Below, in pieces: positions 44,274 to 53,875 of a stretch of 64,000 bases of DNA. Numbering within the stretch: the stretch's first letter is position 1; each line of letters starts with the position of its first letter. A program made the translations under genes and the position numbers. The stretch is taken from assembly GCA_029978325.1 (NCBI GenBank), contig JAPOJR010000002.1, positions 2,717 through 66,716 of the forward strand. The letters run 5' to 3'. Source of the DNA: Alphaproteobacteria bacterium. Its GTDB lineage: Bacteria > Pseudomonadota > Alphaproteobacteria > Bin95. The notes under the pieces were generated by a model, which worked only from the letters and a program-made list of their open reading frames with translations, did not search any database and was not told where the DNA came from.

Positions 44274-45419
44274 TCAACGGGCGGCCAGGCCGAATTCCGC
44301 TGTAATTTCCGCCGTATGCTCGCCCAGCAGCGGCGCACCCCGCGCGGCGCGCACCGGAGTTTCGGCAAAGCGGATCGGGTTCTTCACCACCGGCACCTCG
44401 CCAGCCGCAGAATGCGGCGCGGTTCCAACCAAATCCCGCTGCCGCACTTCCGGCGAATCGACGGCCTCTCCAATGGTGCGGATCGGTCCGCCCGGCACGC
44501 CAGCCGCGCGCATCGCATCGACCCAGTGGTCGCGCGGCTGGGTCGCGAACATCCGGTCGATTTCCGCCATCAGCACCTCTTTGTTCAGAACGCGGTTGCT
44601 GTTGGTGGCAAAGCGCTGGTCCGCCAGCCATTCCGGGCGTTTTGCGATGCTATCGACAAATTTGCGCCAGACCCGCTCACCCGCCAGCGTCATTTGCAAC
44701 GGCCCGTCCGCCGCCTGGAACACGCCAAGCGGCGCCGCCGCCGGGCTGCCGTTGCCATGCCGGGCAGGCGCGTTGCCACTGATGCGGTAGTTCAGGCCAT
44801 AGAAATACGTCATGGCCAGCGCGTTGCGGAACAACCCAACCGTAACCGCCTGGCCTTCGCCGCTGTCTTCCCGGGCATAAAGCGCCGCCAGCACAGCCTG
44901 CACCAGCACATTGGCTGCGGTCAGCTCGATCATCGGCAGGCCGGCCTTGGCGGGCGGACCCTCGGGCAAGCCACTCATTCCGCCCCAGCCACTGGCCGCC
45001 TGGTGCAGCGCATCCCGCCCGACCGATCCATCGGGCAGGCGCGGATCGATTTCTGCATAGACCAACCGCTTGTTGAGCCCCTGCAAGGCGCCGGCATCCA
45101 ACCCAAGTTCCACCAGCGTGTCCGGAGGCGAGTCCACCGCGACCACATCCACCTTGGCCGCCAGAACCTGCATGGCGGCGCGGGCTTCGGCGGCGGCAAG
45201 ATCCAGCACGATCGAGCGCTTGTTGCGGTTCAACGCCAGAAATGCTGCCGAGTCGCCACACGCCAGCTGCGGGCCGGGCCACCGCCGCACCGGGTCGCCC
45301 GAGGGCGGCTCGACCTTGATCACATCCGCGCCCAGGTCGCCCAGGGTCTGGGTCGCTGCCGGTCCTGCAACCCCGCTGGTCAGGTCGAGCACGACGATGC
45401 CATCCAGAATCATCGCCAT
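44274..45419 (-). CDS. Family III CoA-transferase
   Basis: Protein MAMILDGIVVLDLTSGVAGPAATQTLGDLGADVIKVEPPSGD.... The start forms a TAATG overlap with the upstream paralogue's stop. Confidence 0.85.
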   Translation of the reverse strand: MAMILDGIVVLDLTSGVAGPAATQTLGDLGADVIKVEPPSGDPVRRWPGPQLACGDSAAFLALNRNKRSIVLDLAAAEARAAMQVLAAKVDVVAVDSPPDTLVELGLDAGALQGLNKRLVYAEIDPRLPDGSVGRDALHQAASGWGGMSGLPEGPPAKAGLPMIELTAANVLVQAVLAALYAREDSGEGQAVTVGLFRNALAMTYFYGLNYRISGNAPARHGNGSPAAAPLGVFQAADGPLQMTLAGERVWRKFVDSIAKRPEWLADQRFATNSNRVLNKEVLMAEIDRMFATQPRDHWVDAMRAAGVPGGPIRTIGEAVDSPEVRQRDLVGTAPHSAAGEVPVVKNPIRFAETPVRAARGAPLLGEHTAEITAEFGLAAR

Positions 45420-46618
45420 TATGCTGTCTCCCCGCTTGCACCCAGAGCACCCATTGCACCAGTCGCGCGGATTGCCGCCACCTGCTCGGCCGAGTAGCCC
45501 AGCCATTCCGCCAGAACGTCCGGACCGTGGCGCCCCAAGAACGGCGCGGCCACCGGATCACGCGCCGGCGTGCCGTGCAGCACCATAGGGCTGGGCATAT
45601 TCGGCGTTTCGCCTATATCGGGGTGCGGGATCATATCCAGCAATGCTGCGGCCGTCCGGTCGGCAAACGCCTCCGGGATGGCTCTGGCTTCGTGGCAGGG
45701 CACGCCGGCGGCCTGTAGCGCCACCAGGACTTCCAACTGGCTCAATGGCTGCAATGCCGAGGTCAACGCCGCCTCCAACGCAACCCGGTTTTCAATCCGC
45801 CCGCGATTGGTGGCCCACTCGGCCTGCGCCGCCAACCCTAGCGCCTGACAAAGGTCGGCAAACTGCGCGTCCGTTTCGACGGCTAGGGCAATCTCACCGT
45901 CCTCGCAGGCGTACCGACCGGCGGGCGCCTGGAAGTGGTCGGCATTGCCCAACCGCTCGGGCACCGTGCCATCCAGCATGTAGCCAGTCGAATGGATTCC
46001 AGTCTGGGCGAATCCGGTGTCGAACAGCGGCGCTTCCAGAAACTGCCCTTGGCCGGTGCGTTTGCGATGGAACAGTGCCGCCAGCACGCCGACGCCGCCG
46101 GTCAGGCCGGTCGAGACGTCTACCATCGGAATAGCGGTGCGCAATGGCTCCTGATGCGGATGGCCGGTCAGGGACATGAACCCGCTTTCCGCCTGCACCA
46201 CCGGATCATAGCCGAGGCGCTTAAGGAACGGCCCGGTGCGGCCATAGGCCGAGGTCGAGCAATAGATCAGGTCCGGCCGTTTCACGCTGTCATAGTCGAG
46301 GCCGAACTTCGCCATAACGCCAGTCGAGAAATTTTCGATGACGACATCTGCCGCGTCGATCAACGCCCGGGCGGTTTTGCGTCCCTCGTCAACGCCCAGG
46401 TCCAGGGCAATGGAGCGCTTATTGCGGTTGTAGCAGAGAAATGCGCCCGACAGTCCGTGATAGTCCGGAGGGGTATAGCCCCGGGTGTCATCGCCGCCCA
46501 CAGGATGTTCGATCTTGACCACGTCTGCGCCCAGGTCGGCCAGATGCATGCTGGCGAGCGGGCCGGCGATGACGCGTGTGAAGTCGGCAACGCGAATGCC
46601 GGCAAGCGGCAGGCTCAT
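45419..46618 (-). CDS. Family III CoA-transferase
   Basis: Protein MSLPLAGIRVADFTRVIAGPLASMHLADLGADVVKIEHPVGGDDTR.... Confidence 0.85.
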   Translation of the reverse strand: MSLPLAGIRVADFTRVIAGPLASMHLADLGADVVKIEHPVGGDDTRGYTPPDYHGLSGAFLCYNRNKRSIALDLGVDEGRKTARALIDAADVVIENFSTGVMAKFGLDYDSVKRPDLIYCSTSAYGRTGPFLKRLGYDPVVQAESGFMSLTGHPHQEPLRTAIPMVDVSTGLTGGVGVLAALFHRKRTGQGQFLEAPLFDTGFAQTGIHSTGYMLDGTVPERLGNADHFQAPAGRYACEDGEIALAVETDAQFADLCQALGLAAQAEWATNRGRIENRVALEAALTSALQPLSQLEVLVALQAAGVPCHEARAIPEAFADRTAAALLDMIPHPDIGETPNMPSPMVLHGTPARDPVAAPFLGRHGPDVLAEWLGYSAEQVAAIRATGAMGALGASGETA

Positions 46619-47835
46619 GCCTTCACTCCTTTGACAATGCCATTTTGGGCGAGGGACGCTATTTCATCGCCAGAGAAGCCCAGTTCGGTCAACACCTCGG
46701 CCGAGTGCTGCCCCAACGTCGGCGCCGGCGCCGGCTCTCGGACTGGCGTGGAGCTATAGCGGATCGGCGATGTCACCACCTCGACCGGGCCGGCAACCGG
46801 GTGTTGGACTTCGGCTACCATGCCCCGCGCGCGCACCTCGCTGGCGCCAACCGCCTCGCAAAGGTCCCGCACCGAGCCAGCGGGAACGCCGGCCTTACGG
46901 AACTTGGCAATCCAGTTCTCGCGGGTGTCCTGGGCCAGAATGGCGTTCACCATCGGCCGGAATTCGGCTTTGTTTTGCAACCTGGCCGCATTGGTGGCAT
47001 AGCGCGGGTCGGCAAGCCATTCCGGCTTGTTCACCACGTCCTGGCAGAACCGCTCCCACTGCCGCTCGTTGCCGATCACGATGGTAATCTGGCCGTCCTG
47101 CGTTTCGCAAAGGCCGAACGGCTCCAGAAACGGATGGCCGTTGCCATAGCGCATCGGGCTTTCGCCGGTCATCAACGCGGACTGGCCGTAATTCGCTGTC
47201 ACGGCAACGGCGCTGTCGAGCAAGGCCAGGTCAATGTGCTGCCCGACACCATCCCGCTCCTTGGCAATTAACGCCCCCAAAATCGCCTGTGTGGCAAACA
47301 TGCCGGTAAAGATATCGGCGTAGGAGATACCGGCGCGTAGCGGGTCCCGTTCCGCTTCGCCGGTCATCCACATCATACCGCTTTCCGCTTGCGCCACTGG
47401 GTCATAGCCCGCCACCAGCTTTAGCGGCGAAGCATGGCCATAGCCCGAGATCGAACAATAGACCAGTCCGGGATTGAGCGGCTTCAGGCTGGCATAGTCC
47501 AGGCCCTGGCGCTCCATCACGTCCGGACGGAAATTCTCGATCAGAACATCCGCTTTGGCCACCAGCCGCCTGACCACCGCCTGCCCCTCCGGCTTGGCGA
47601 TATCCAAGGCCAAAGAGCGTTTGTTGCGGTTGGCGAACAGAAAATATGCAGTCTCGCCGCCATGCGCGGCGCTGGGCGCATAGTGACGGGTGTCGTCACC
47701 GGTTTTCGGATGCTCGATCTTCACTACGTTTGCACCCAGATCCGCCAGATTCAGGGTGCTCCACGGTCCGGCCAGCACACGCGTGAAGTCGAGCACGAGC
47801 TTGCCCGCCAATGGTGGAGCAGCGGTTTCGGTCAT
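46615..47835 (-). CDS. Family III CoA-transferase
   Basis: Protein ...LAGKLVLDFTRVLAGPWSTLNLADLGANVVKIEHPKTGDDTR.... It has a 4-nt overlap with the next paralogue. Confidence 0.85.
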   Translation of the reverse strand: MTETAAPPLAGKLVLDFTRVLAGPWSTLNLADLGANVVKIEHPKTGDDTRHYAPSAAHGGETAYFLFANRNKRSLALDIAKPEGQAVVRRLVAKADVLIENFRPDVMERQGLDYASLKPLNPGLVYCSISGYGHASPLKLVAGYDPVAQAESGMMWMTGEAERDPLRAGISYADIFTGMFATQAILGALIAKERDGVGQHIDLALLDSAVAVTANYGQSALMTGESPMRYGNGHPFLEPFGLCETQDGQITIVIGNERQWERFCQDVVNKPEWLADPRYATNAARLQNKAEFRPMVNAILAQDTRENWIAKFRKAGVPAGSVRDLCEAVGASEVRARGMVAEVQHPVAGPVEVVTSPIRYSSTPVREPAPAPTLGQHSAEVLTELGFSGDEIASLAQNGIVKGVKA

Positions 47836-47901
47836 GAAAACAGGATCCTCTGATAACGAATCGCGCGAACGGGAATAAGCGGTATCCTTTCCGTCCAGGC
47901 C

Positions 47902-49824
47902 ATGTCTGTCAATCGTTGGTCACGTTCGCGCGATAAAGCCGTTTCCGTTGGCAAGGTTGTCGTGACCTGCCAAAATGAAACGGCTATCCGGGCGTACCGC
48001 CATTTGATTTGGAGAAGCCTGTTGCATCGCATCCTTGCTTGGCGCCCCAGGTTGCGCCTGCGTTATCTGTTCCTTGCAACCTTTACCCTGGTGGCCGTGC
48101 TGCCCGCCGTCGCACTGACTCTCTGGATGTCGATGCAGGCGTTGAACAGGGAAAAGACCTCTACCGGCAGTAAGCAATACCAACTGGCGCAATTGATTGC
48201 TTTGGGCCTGGACCGGTACACTCGCGATGTCCGCGCGACGTTCGAACATATGGCGAGCCTAGATTTCGGAGCACGCGACAGCGAAGCCGTATTTCGGCTC
48301 GCCCAAAATTTGCGTTTCCGCTATATGGCGCTGATCACAAAAGAAGCGAAAGTCGAAGAATTTACCGACTTCGAGTATGGCTTGCCCGGGCGGCTCAACC
48401 CGGAAACCATCCGGTTCATCGCAGAACAGGCTTCCCAGTCGCCCCAATTGTTGCCGGTCATCCGGGATGGAAAGGGCGAGCCGACGATCTTTGTGGTCGA
48501 AAATTATGCCGACGGCTCCATCCTGGCCGCCGCGTTGAGCGTCGAGCATGTTCAGGCGGTGCAAAAAGCCATTACTTTCGGCACGCACGGGCATGGCGTC
48601 ATCACAGATCAAACCGGCCGCGTTATCGCCCATCCTAAGCCCGAATGGGAAAAAACGGCGAAATCGCTTGCAGAAATGGCTCCCGTGCGCGCCGTCCTGT
48701 CGGGCCAAACCGGTTATCGCGAGTTCGTCACAGCAGCAACCAATGAGCCAGCGATGGCGGCCTATACCCAAACCAAAGACACCCGCTGGGGCGTTATTAC
48801 GGTTAGGCCAATGGCGGAAATCGAAGCCGTCGCCTGGGATTATGCTTTTGGGTCGATTGTCTTTGTCGCAATCGCGCTGTTTGCCGCCATGGTGCTCGCG
48901 CTTGCAATGGCCCGCGTCATCGTTCGGCCGGTAGAGCGGGTGGCAGCGGTCGCCCAAAGCCTGGGCCGCGGCGAGATGACAGCGCAGGTGGAACCGGTGC
49001 CGCACGTTCCGGCGGAATTGGGCGACCTGGCGCAAACGATTAACCGTTTGGCGCGCAATCTGAGCCTATGGCGCCTCAATTTGACCGACAGCCTGGAACA
49101 AGCAGAAGCATCAAACCGCGCTAAGACCAACTTTCTTGCCAATATGAGCCATGAAATCCGCACCCTGTTGACGTCGATCATAGGATTTGCCGAGGCGTTG
49201 CGCGACCAGATCTCCGCACCAAAGACGACCGGTCGCCGTCAAGAATACGCCTCGGATATCATTGCGGCCGGACAACAGTTGGCGACCTTGATCGACGGCA
49301 TAGCCGAATTGTCCAACGCCGGAACATCACTTTCCGCCCATCCAGTGGAGCCGATCTCGCTTCACCAAGTCTGTAGTGCCATTGCCCCCTTGCTCCAGGC
49401 GCAGACCATACGGGACCAGATTAGGTTCAGCGTCGATGTTCCCGAAACCCTTCCCGCGATCGCAGGCCACACGAACCGCCTGAAACAAGCGTTGATCAAT
49501 CTGACGTCGAATGCGATCAAATTCACGCCACCGGGCGGTGACGTGAAAATTTCTGCACTGGAGCACCCAAACGGCGCCGTCTCGGTCGCTATCTCCGACA
49601 CAGGTATTGGAATGTCGAACCGCGACCTCGATGTCGCCCTGGCGCCCTTCGGCCGCATCGAGAAAGCGTGGACCCGCGGCCGCACCGGCACTGGTTTGGG
49701 ATTGCCTTTGGCGCGGCAATTTGTTGAAGACATGGGAGGCAGCTTTGCTATCGACAGCACCCCCGGGCATGGTACGACCGTGACCCTGACCTTCTCAGCT
49801 TATGCGGCTCAAATGGCCGCGTAA
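47902..49824 (+). CDS. Membrane sensor histidine kinase (periplasmic Cache-like domain, HAMP, HisKA, HATPase)
   Basis: It has two TM segments flanking a sensor region of about 260 aa. The H-box is SHEIRTLLTSIIGF, and the N/G boxes are ...LTSNAIKFTPPGG...DTGIGM...GTGLGLPL. The exact start is uncertain. Confidence 0.8.
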   Translation: MSVNRWSRSRDKAVSVGKVVVTCQNETAIRAYRHLIWRSLLHRILAWRPRLRLRYLFLATFTLVAVLPAVALTLWMSMQALNREKTSTGSKQYQLAQLIALGLDRYTRDVRATFEHMASLDFGARDSEAVFRLAQNLRFRYMALITKEAKVEEFTDFEYGLPGRLNPETIRFIAEQASQSPQLLPVIRDGKGEPTIFVVENYADGSILAAALSVEHVQAVQKAITFGTHGHGVITDQTGRVIAHPKPEWEKTAKSLAEMAPVRAVLSGQTGYREFVTAATNEPAMAAYTQTKDTRWGVITVRPMAEIEAVAWDYAFGSIVFVAIALFAAMVLALAMARVIVRPVERVAAVAQSLGRGEMTAQVEPVPHVPAELGDLAQTINRLARNLSLWRLNLTDSLEQAEASNRAKTNFLANMSHEIRTLLTSIIGFAEALRDQISAPKTTGRRQEYASDIIAAGQQLATLIDGIAELSNAGTSLSAHPVEPISLHQVCSAIAPLLQAQTIRDQIRFSVDVPETLPAIAGHTNRLKQALINLTSNAIKFTPPGGDVKISALEHPNGAVSVAISDTGIGMSNRDLDVALAPFGRIEKAWTRGRTGTGLGLPLARQFVEDMGGSFAIDSTPGHGTTVTLTFSAYAAQMAA

Positions 49825-49933
49825 TGCAACATCGCCGCCAAACGTGCTTGCCATCGTATGGGTTTGTCGCTTAGGCGTTATCCAGATCCACCAGATTTCA
49901 ATAGGAACCGTAGTCCAAAACGGGAGAATTACT

Positions 49934-51139
49934 ATGCCAGATACTGTTCACACCGGCACCCAAGACGATGCCATGGTAATGATGCCGGTCGGCGAGACCT
50001 ATCCCGAAATCCGGGAGGCCGTGCGCAAGTTGTGCGCTGATTTTCCCGGCGCCTACTGGCAAGAAAAAGACCGGGTCCGTGGCTACCCGACCGAATTCGT
50101 TCAGGCACTGACTCAATCGGGCTTTCTGGCCGTGCTGATTCCCGAGGAATTCGGCGGTGCGGGCCTGCCGATCTCAGCCGGCTCGGCTATCCTGGAGGAA
50201 ATCAACCGCTCCGGCTGCAACGCCGGCGCTTGTCATGCCCAGATGTACATCATGGGCACCGTGCTGCGGCATGGCTCCGACGCCCAGAAAAAGCAATACC
50301 TGCCTAAGATCGCGACCGGCGAGTTGCGCCTGCAGGCGTTTGGCGTGACCGAGCCGACCAGCGGCACTGACACCCTATCGCTGCGCACCACTGCGGTCCG
50401 CGATGGTGACGAGTACGTGGTCAATGGCCAGAAGGTCTGGACCAGCCGCGCCGAGCATTCCGACCTGTTGCTGCTGTTGGCCCGCACCACGCCGAAGGAC
50501 CAGGTGGCAAAGCGTACCGACGGCCTATCGGTGTTTCTGGTGGATATGCGCAAGGTGCTGGGGAATGGCCTCACCATCCGGCCGATCCGCACCATGATCA
50601 ACCACAACACCACCGAGTTGTTCTTTGACAACATGCGCATTCCTGCCGACAGCCTGATCGGCCAGGAAGGCCGCGGCTTCCGTTATATCCTGGATGGCAT
50701 GAATGCAGAGCGCGTGCTGGTCGCCTCCGATGCATTGGGCGACGCCAAGTTCTTCATCGACCGCGCGTCGGACTATGCCAAGGAACGCCAGGTCTTCGGC
50801 CGGCCCATCGGCCAGAACCAGGGCATCCAGTTCCCGATTGCGGAAAGCTGGGTGGCAGCACAAGCTGCAGAGCTGATGACCCGCAAGGCCGCCGCCCTGT
50901 TCGAGGCCGGACTGCCCTGTGGCGCCGAGGCGAACACAGCCAAGTATCTGGCCGCAGAAGCCGCATGGAAAGCCGCGGATGTCTGCATGCAGACCTACGG
51001 CGGCTTTGGGTATGCCGAAGAATATGACATCGAGCGCAAATTCCGCGAGGCCCGTCTCTACCGTACTGCCCCGATCAGCTCCAACCTGATCCTGGGCTTC
51101 ATTGGTGAGCATGTGCTGGGGATGCCACGGTCGTATTAG
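49934..51139 (+). CDS. Acyl-CoA dehydrogenase
   Basis: Protein ...YPEIREAVRKLCADF...GVTEPTSGTDT...VNGQKVWTSRA...QTYGGFGYAEEYDIERKFREARLY carries the ACAD signatures. The 49802 start in the ORF track overlaps the kinase gene and was rejected. Confidence 0.85.
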   Translation: MPDTVHTGTQDDAMVMMPVGETYPEIREAVRKLCADFPGAYWQEKDRVRGYPTEFVQALTQSGFLAVLIPEEFGGAGLPISAGSAILEEINRSGCNAGACHAQMYIMGTVLRHGSDAQKKQYLPKIATGELRLQAFGVTEPTSGTDTLSLRTTAVRDGDEYVVNGQKVWTSRAEHSDLLLLLARTTPKDQVAKRTDGLSVFLVDMRKVLGNGLTIRPIRTMINHNTTELFFDNMRIPADSLIGQEGRGFRYILDGMNAERVLVASDALGDAKFFIDRASDYAKERQVFGRPIGQNQGIQFPIAESWVAAQAAELMTRKAAALFEAGLPCGAEANTAKYLAAEAAWKAADVCMQTYGGFGYAEEYDIERKFREARLYRTAPISSNLILGFIGEHVLGMPRSY

Positions 51140-51146
51140 TGCATTG

Positions 51147-51174
51147 CCCGATCAAATAGGCTCATTTGATCGGG
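51147..51174 (+). terminator. Hairpin (11-bp perfect stem) downstream of the acyl-CoA dehydrogenase gene
   Basis: The sequence cccgatcaaat-aggctc-atttgatcggg can be read directly, 8 nt after the stop codon. No strong T-tract follows. Confidence 0.4.
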
Positions 51175-51244
51175 ACAAGATTCTCCGGATTCTTGAAGTT
51201 AGAGCCGATCCCGATCCAACCGGATCGGGGTTGGCGCTAGATCC

Positions 51245-52015
51245 TTAAATATGCACGGAGAAACCGCCGTCCACCGGAATGGACGTTCCGGTGACAAAAT
51301 CCGAGCCGCTGCCGGCCAGGAATACCGCGATGCCGGCGTGATCCTCTGGCTTGCCCCAACGCCCCGCAGGGGTCCGGTCCAGCACGCGCTGGTGCAGGCC
51401 ATCCACCTGTTCCCGCGCCTTGATGGTCAGGGCCGTATCGATCCAGCCGGGCAGCACCGTGTTCACCTGGATATTGTCCTTAGCCCAGGAACTGGCCAAC
51501 GACTTGGCGAGTTGCACAATACCGCCCTTGCTCGAGGAATAAGGCGCGGAGAACGATGCGCCGAAGATCGACATCATCGAGCCGATCATGACGATCTTGC
51601 CGCCGCCCTGGGCTTTCATCACCGGATACACCGCCTGTGAACACACAAACGCGCTGGTCAGGTTGGTTGTCAGAACCTCCTGCCATTCGGCCAGGGAATA
51701 ATCCTGCGGCTGCTTGCGGATCGCCGTTCCGGCATTATTGACGAGGCAATCGATCCGGCCAAAACGGTCCTTTGTCTTTGCCACCATTGCTTCGCATGAC
51801 GCAGCGTCGGCAACGTCGACCACGACCGAGTCGGCATCGACGCCCAGTGCTCGCAATTCCGATACAGCCGCAGCGTTCTTTTCGGTATTGCGGCCGGCGA
51901 CCATGATTGCCGCCCCCGCTTCAGCCATGCCACGGGCCATGCCGAGCCCGATGCCGCCGTTTCCACCCGTCACCAAGCCAACCCGGCCGGTGAGATCGAA
52001 CAATTTCGAGGCCAT
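51245..52015 (-). CDS. SDR-family oxidoreductase
   Basis: It has the TGGNGGIGLG cofactor motif, NNAG, and the catalytic YSSSK (YxxxK). Confidence 0.85.
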   Translation of the reverse strand: MASKLFDLTGRVGLVTGGNGGIGLGMARGMAEAGAAIMVAGRNTEKNAAAVSELRALGVDADSVVVDVADAASCEAMVAKTKDRFGRIDCLVNNAGTAIRKQPQDYSLAEWQEVLTTNLTSAFVCSQAVYPVMKAQGGGKIVMIGSMMSIFGASFSAPYSSSKGGIVQLAKSLASSWAKDNIQVNTVLPGWIDTALTIKAREQVDGLHQRVLDRTPAGRWGKPEDHAGIAVFLAGSGSDFVTGTSIPVDGGFSVHI

Positions 52016-52033
52016 TGGACCTACTCCCTAGTT

Positions 52034-53212
52034 TTACCGCGATTCCGCCAGCAAGGCCGCAACCTCGTCCGGGCTATAGCCAATCTCAGACAGCACGTCG
52101 GCGCTGTCCGCGCCCAGCACCCGCGCGCCAAAGCGGTGTTCAGGCGATGTCCCCTCAAACCGCGCCGCCGGCCGAGCCTGGCGCAAGCGCCCGGCAACCT
52201 CATGCTCGTACTCCCGCACGATGTCGTTGGCGACGACCTGCGGGTGGTGGATCATCTGCTTGCGATGCAGCACCGGCGCGCAGGGCACGCCGGCTTCATC
52301 CAGGATCGCCAACCATTCATCGGAGCTTTTGGTGATCATTGCCGACTGGATCAGCTCCAGCCGGGCATCGATGTTCAGGTCGCGCAGCGCCGTGGTCGCG
52401 AACCGCGGATCGTCGATCCAGTCCGGATTGCCGGAAGCCCGGCAAAAGGCCTGCCATTGCGGATTGGTCATGGTGGAAACCGCCATATAGCCATCCGTCG
52501 TCTCGTAGATCAGGTCGAGGAAGCTCGCGGCGCGCTGTAGCGAGATGTCTTTCCCGACATAGGTCTGCGAACCCATGTCCGACGACCACAGAAAAGCAAC
52601 AATCGCATCCAGCATCGACAGGCGCACATGCTGCCCTTCGCCGGTGCGGGAGCGGGCAAGCAGTGCCGCCGTGATCGCCTGGCTAGCGGTGAGGGCCGTC
52701 ACTTTGTCCGGAACGATGGTCCGTAGCAGGCGCGGCCGCCGCTCATCCGAGCCGCCCTGTACCGAGCACAGGCCAGACAGCGCCTGGATGATCGGGTCAT
52801 AAACCGGCTTGTGCGACCATGGCCCAACCTCACCAAAGCCGGAGATCGAAACATAGACCAGCCTGGGATTGACCGCCTTCATATCCTCGTAGCCAATGCC
52901 CAGCCGCTCAACCACGCCCGGACGGAAGTTTTGCACCATCGCGTCGGCGGTCGCAGCAATGCGCTTCAGCGCCTCCACATGGTCGGCACGCTTCAGGTCG
53001 AGCACAACTGAGCGTTTGTTCCTGTTGTTATTCAGGAAGCTGGCGGAAAGCCCGCCCTGCTGGTTGCCAGCCGAGCGGGTGAAATCGCCGGTGCCCGGCG
53101 GCTCGACCTTGATCACGTCCGCGCCCTGGTCCGCCAGGATCATCGTGGCGAAGGGGCCGGAAATTACGGCGGACAAGTCCAGGATACGAAAGCCGTCTAG
53201 CGGGCCGGGCAT
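52034..53212 (-). CDS. Family III CoA-transferase (fifth paralogue)
   Basis: Protein MPGPLDGFRILDLSAVISGPFATMILADQGADVIKVEPPGTGDFTR.... Confidence 0.85.
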   Translation of the reverse strand: MPGPLDGFRILDLSAVISGPFATMILADQGADVIKVEPPGTGDFTRSAGNQQGGLSASFLNNNRNKRSVVLDLKRADHVEALKRIAATADAMVQNFRPGVVERLGIGYEDMKAVNPRLVYVSISGFGEVGPWSHKPVYDPIIQALSGLCSVQGGSDERRPRLLRTIVPDKVTALTASQAITAALLARSRTGEGQHVRLSMLDAIVAFLWSSDMGSQTYVGKDISLQRAASFLDLIYETTDGYMAVSTMTNPQWQAFCRASGNPDWIDDPRFATTALRDLNIDARLELIQSAMITKSSDEWLAILDEAGVPCAPVLHRKQMIHHPQVVANDIVREYEHEVAGRLRQARPAARFEGTSPEHRFGARVLGADSADVLSEIGYSPDEVAALLAESR

Positions 53213-53340
53213 GAGAAGCGAACCTTGAGCTTAGAGAAACGTCAGAGCTCAAACTAGCCGGTGCCCGCCAGCCCGGCTAGAGGCTGGACCAGACAGGTGC
53301 ATTGCGCATCATAAAGACTGATGCCTCATACACTCGTTAA

Positions 53341-53775
53341 TCAGGCTCCAGCGCCGATATAGCGCTGAAGGGCTTCGCCTTCTGTCTCCAACTCGCCAAT
53401 GCGGGCCTTGACCAGATCACCGATGGAAATAATTCCAGCCAACCGGCCGCGTTCCAGCACCGGCAGATGCCGCACCCTGCGATCGGTCATCACCTGCATC
53501 AGTCCATCAATGTGGTCGTCCGGCGAACAGGAGATGATATCGCTGGTCATCAATTCCTCCGCCGTAGCGTCAAGAACACTGGCGCCCTGGTTGGCCAGCC
53601 CTTCCACGATATCGCGCTCGGACAGGATCCCGACCGGGTTCCCGGCGCCGTTGCGCACCACCACCGCGCCAATGCGGCTTTCCGTCAGCAGCGTGGCGAT
53701 ATTGGCAATCGGCTCCACCGCCGGAACCGCGACAACCGTTGAGCCTTTCGATTTGAGGATTTGACGTACGATCAT
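53341..53775 (-). CDS. CBS domain pair protein
   Basis: A 144-aa protein with two CBS motifs (...VVRNGAGNPVGILSERDIV... and ...HLPVLERGRLAGIISIGDLVK). Confidence 0.8.
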   Translation of the reverse strand: MIVRQILKSKGSTVVAVPAVEPIANIATLLTESRIGAVVVRNGAGNPVGILSERDIVEGLANQGASVLDATAEELMTSDIISCSPDDHIDGLMQVMTDRRVRHLPVLERGRLAGIISIGDLVKARIGELETEGEALQRYIGAGA

Positions 53776-53875
53776 TAGTCCACACTCCTTTGGCTACGGG
53801 ACGGATTCCGGGAAGCCATCCGGCTTCCCCGCCAAAGTGTGCGACAGTTTATCGCTTTTCGCAAGGCGGAATGCG

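Noticed and set aside
49537-49550. Partial parS-like sequences: ggtgACGTGAAAat at 49537-49550, and tttGTGAAAC at 62894-62903.
   Set aside because: Only one half-site matches in each case and the other arm is unrelated. Both are intragenic. They are not comparable to the perfect site at 59209-59224.
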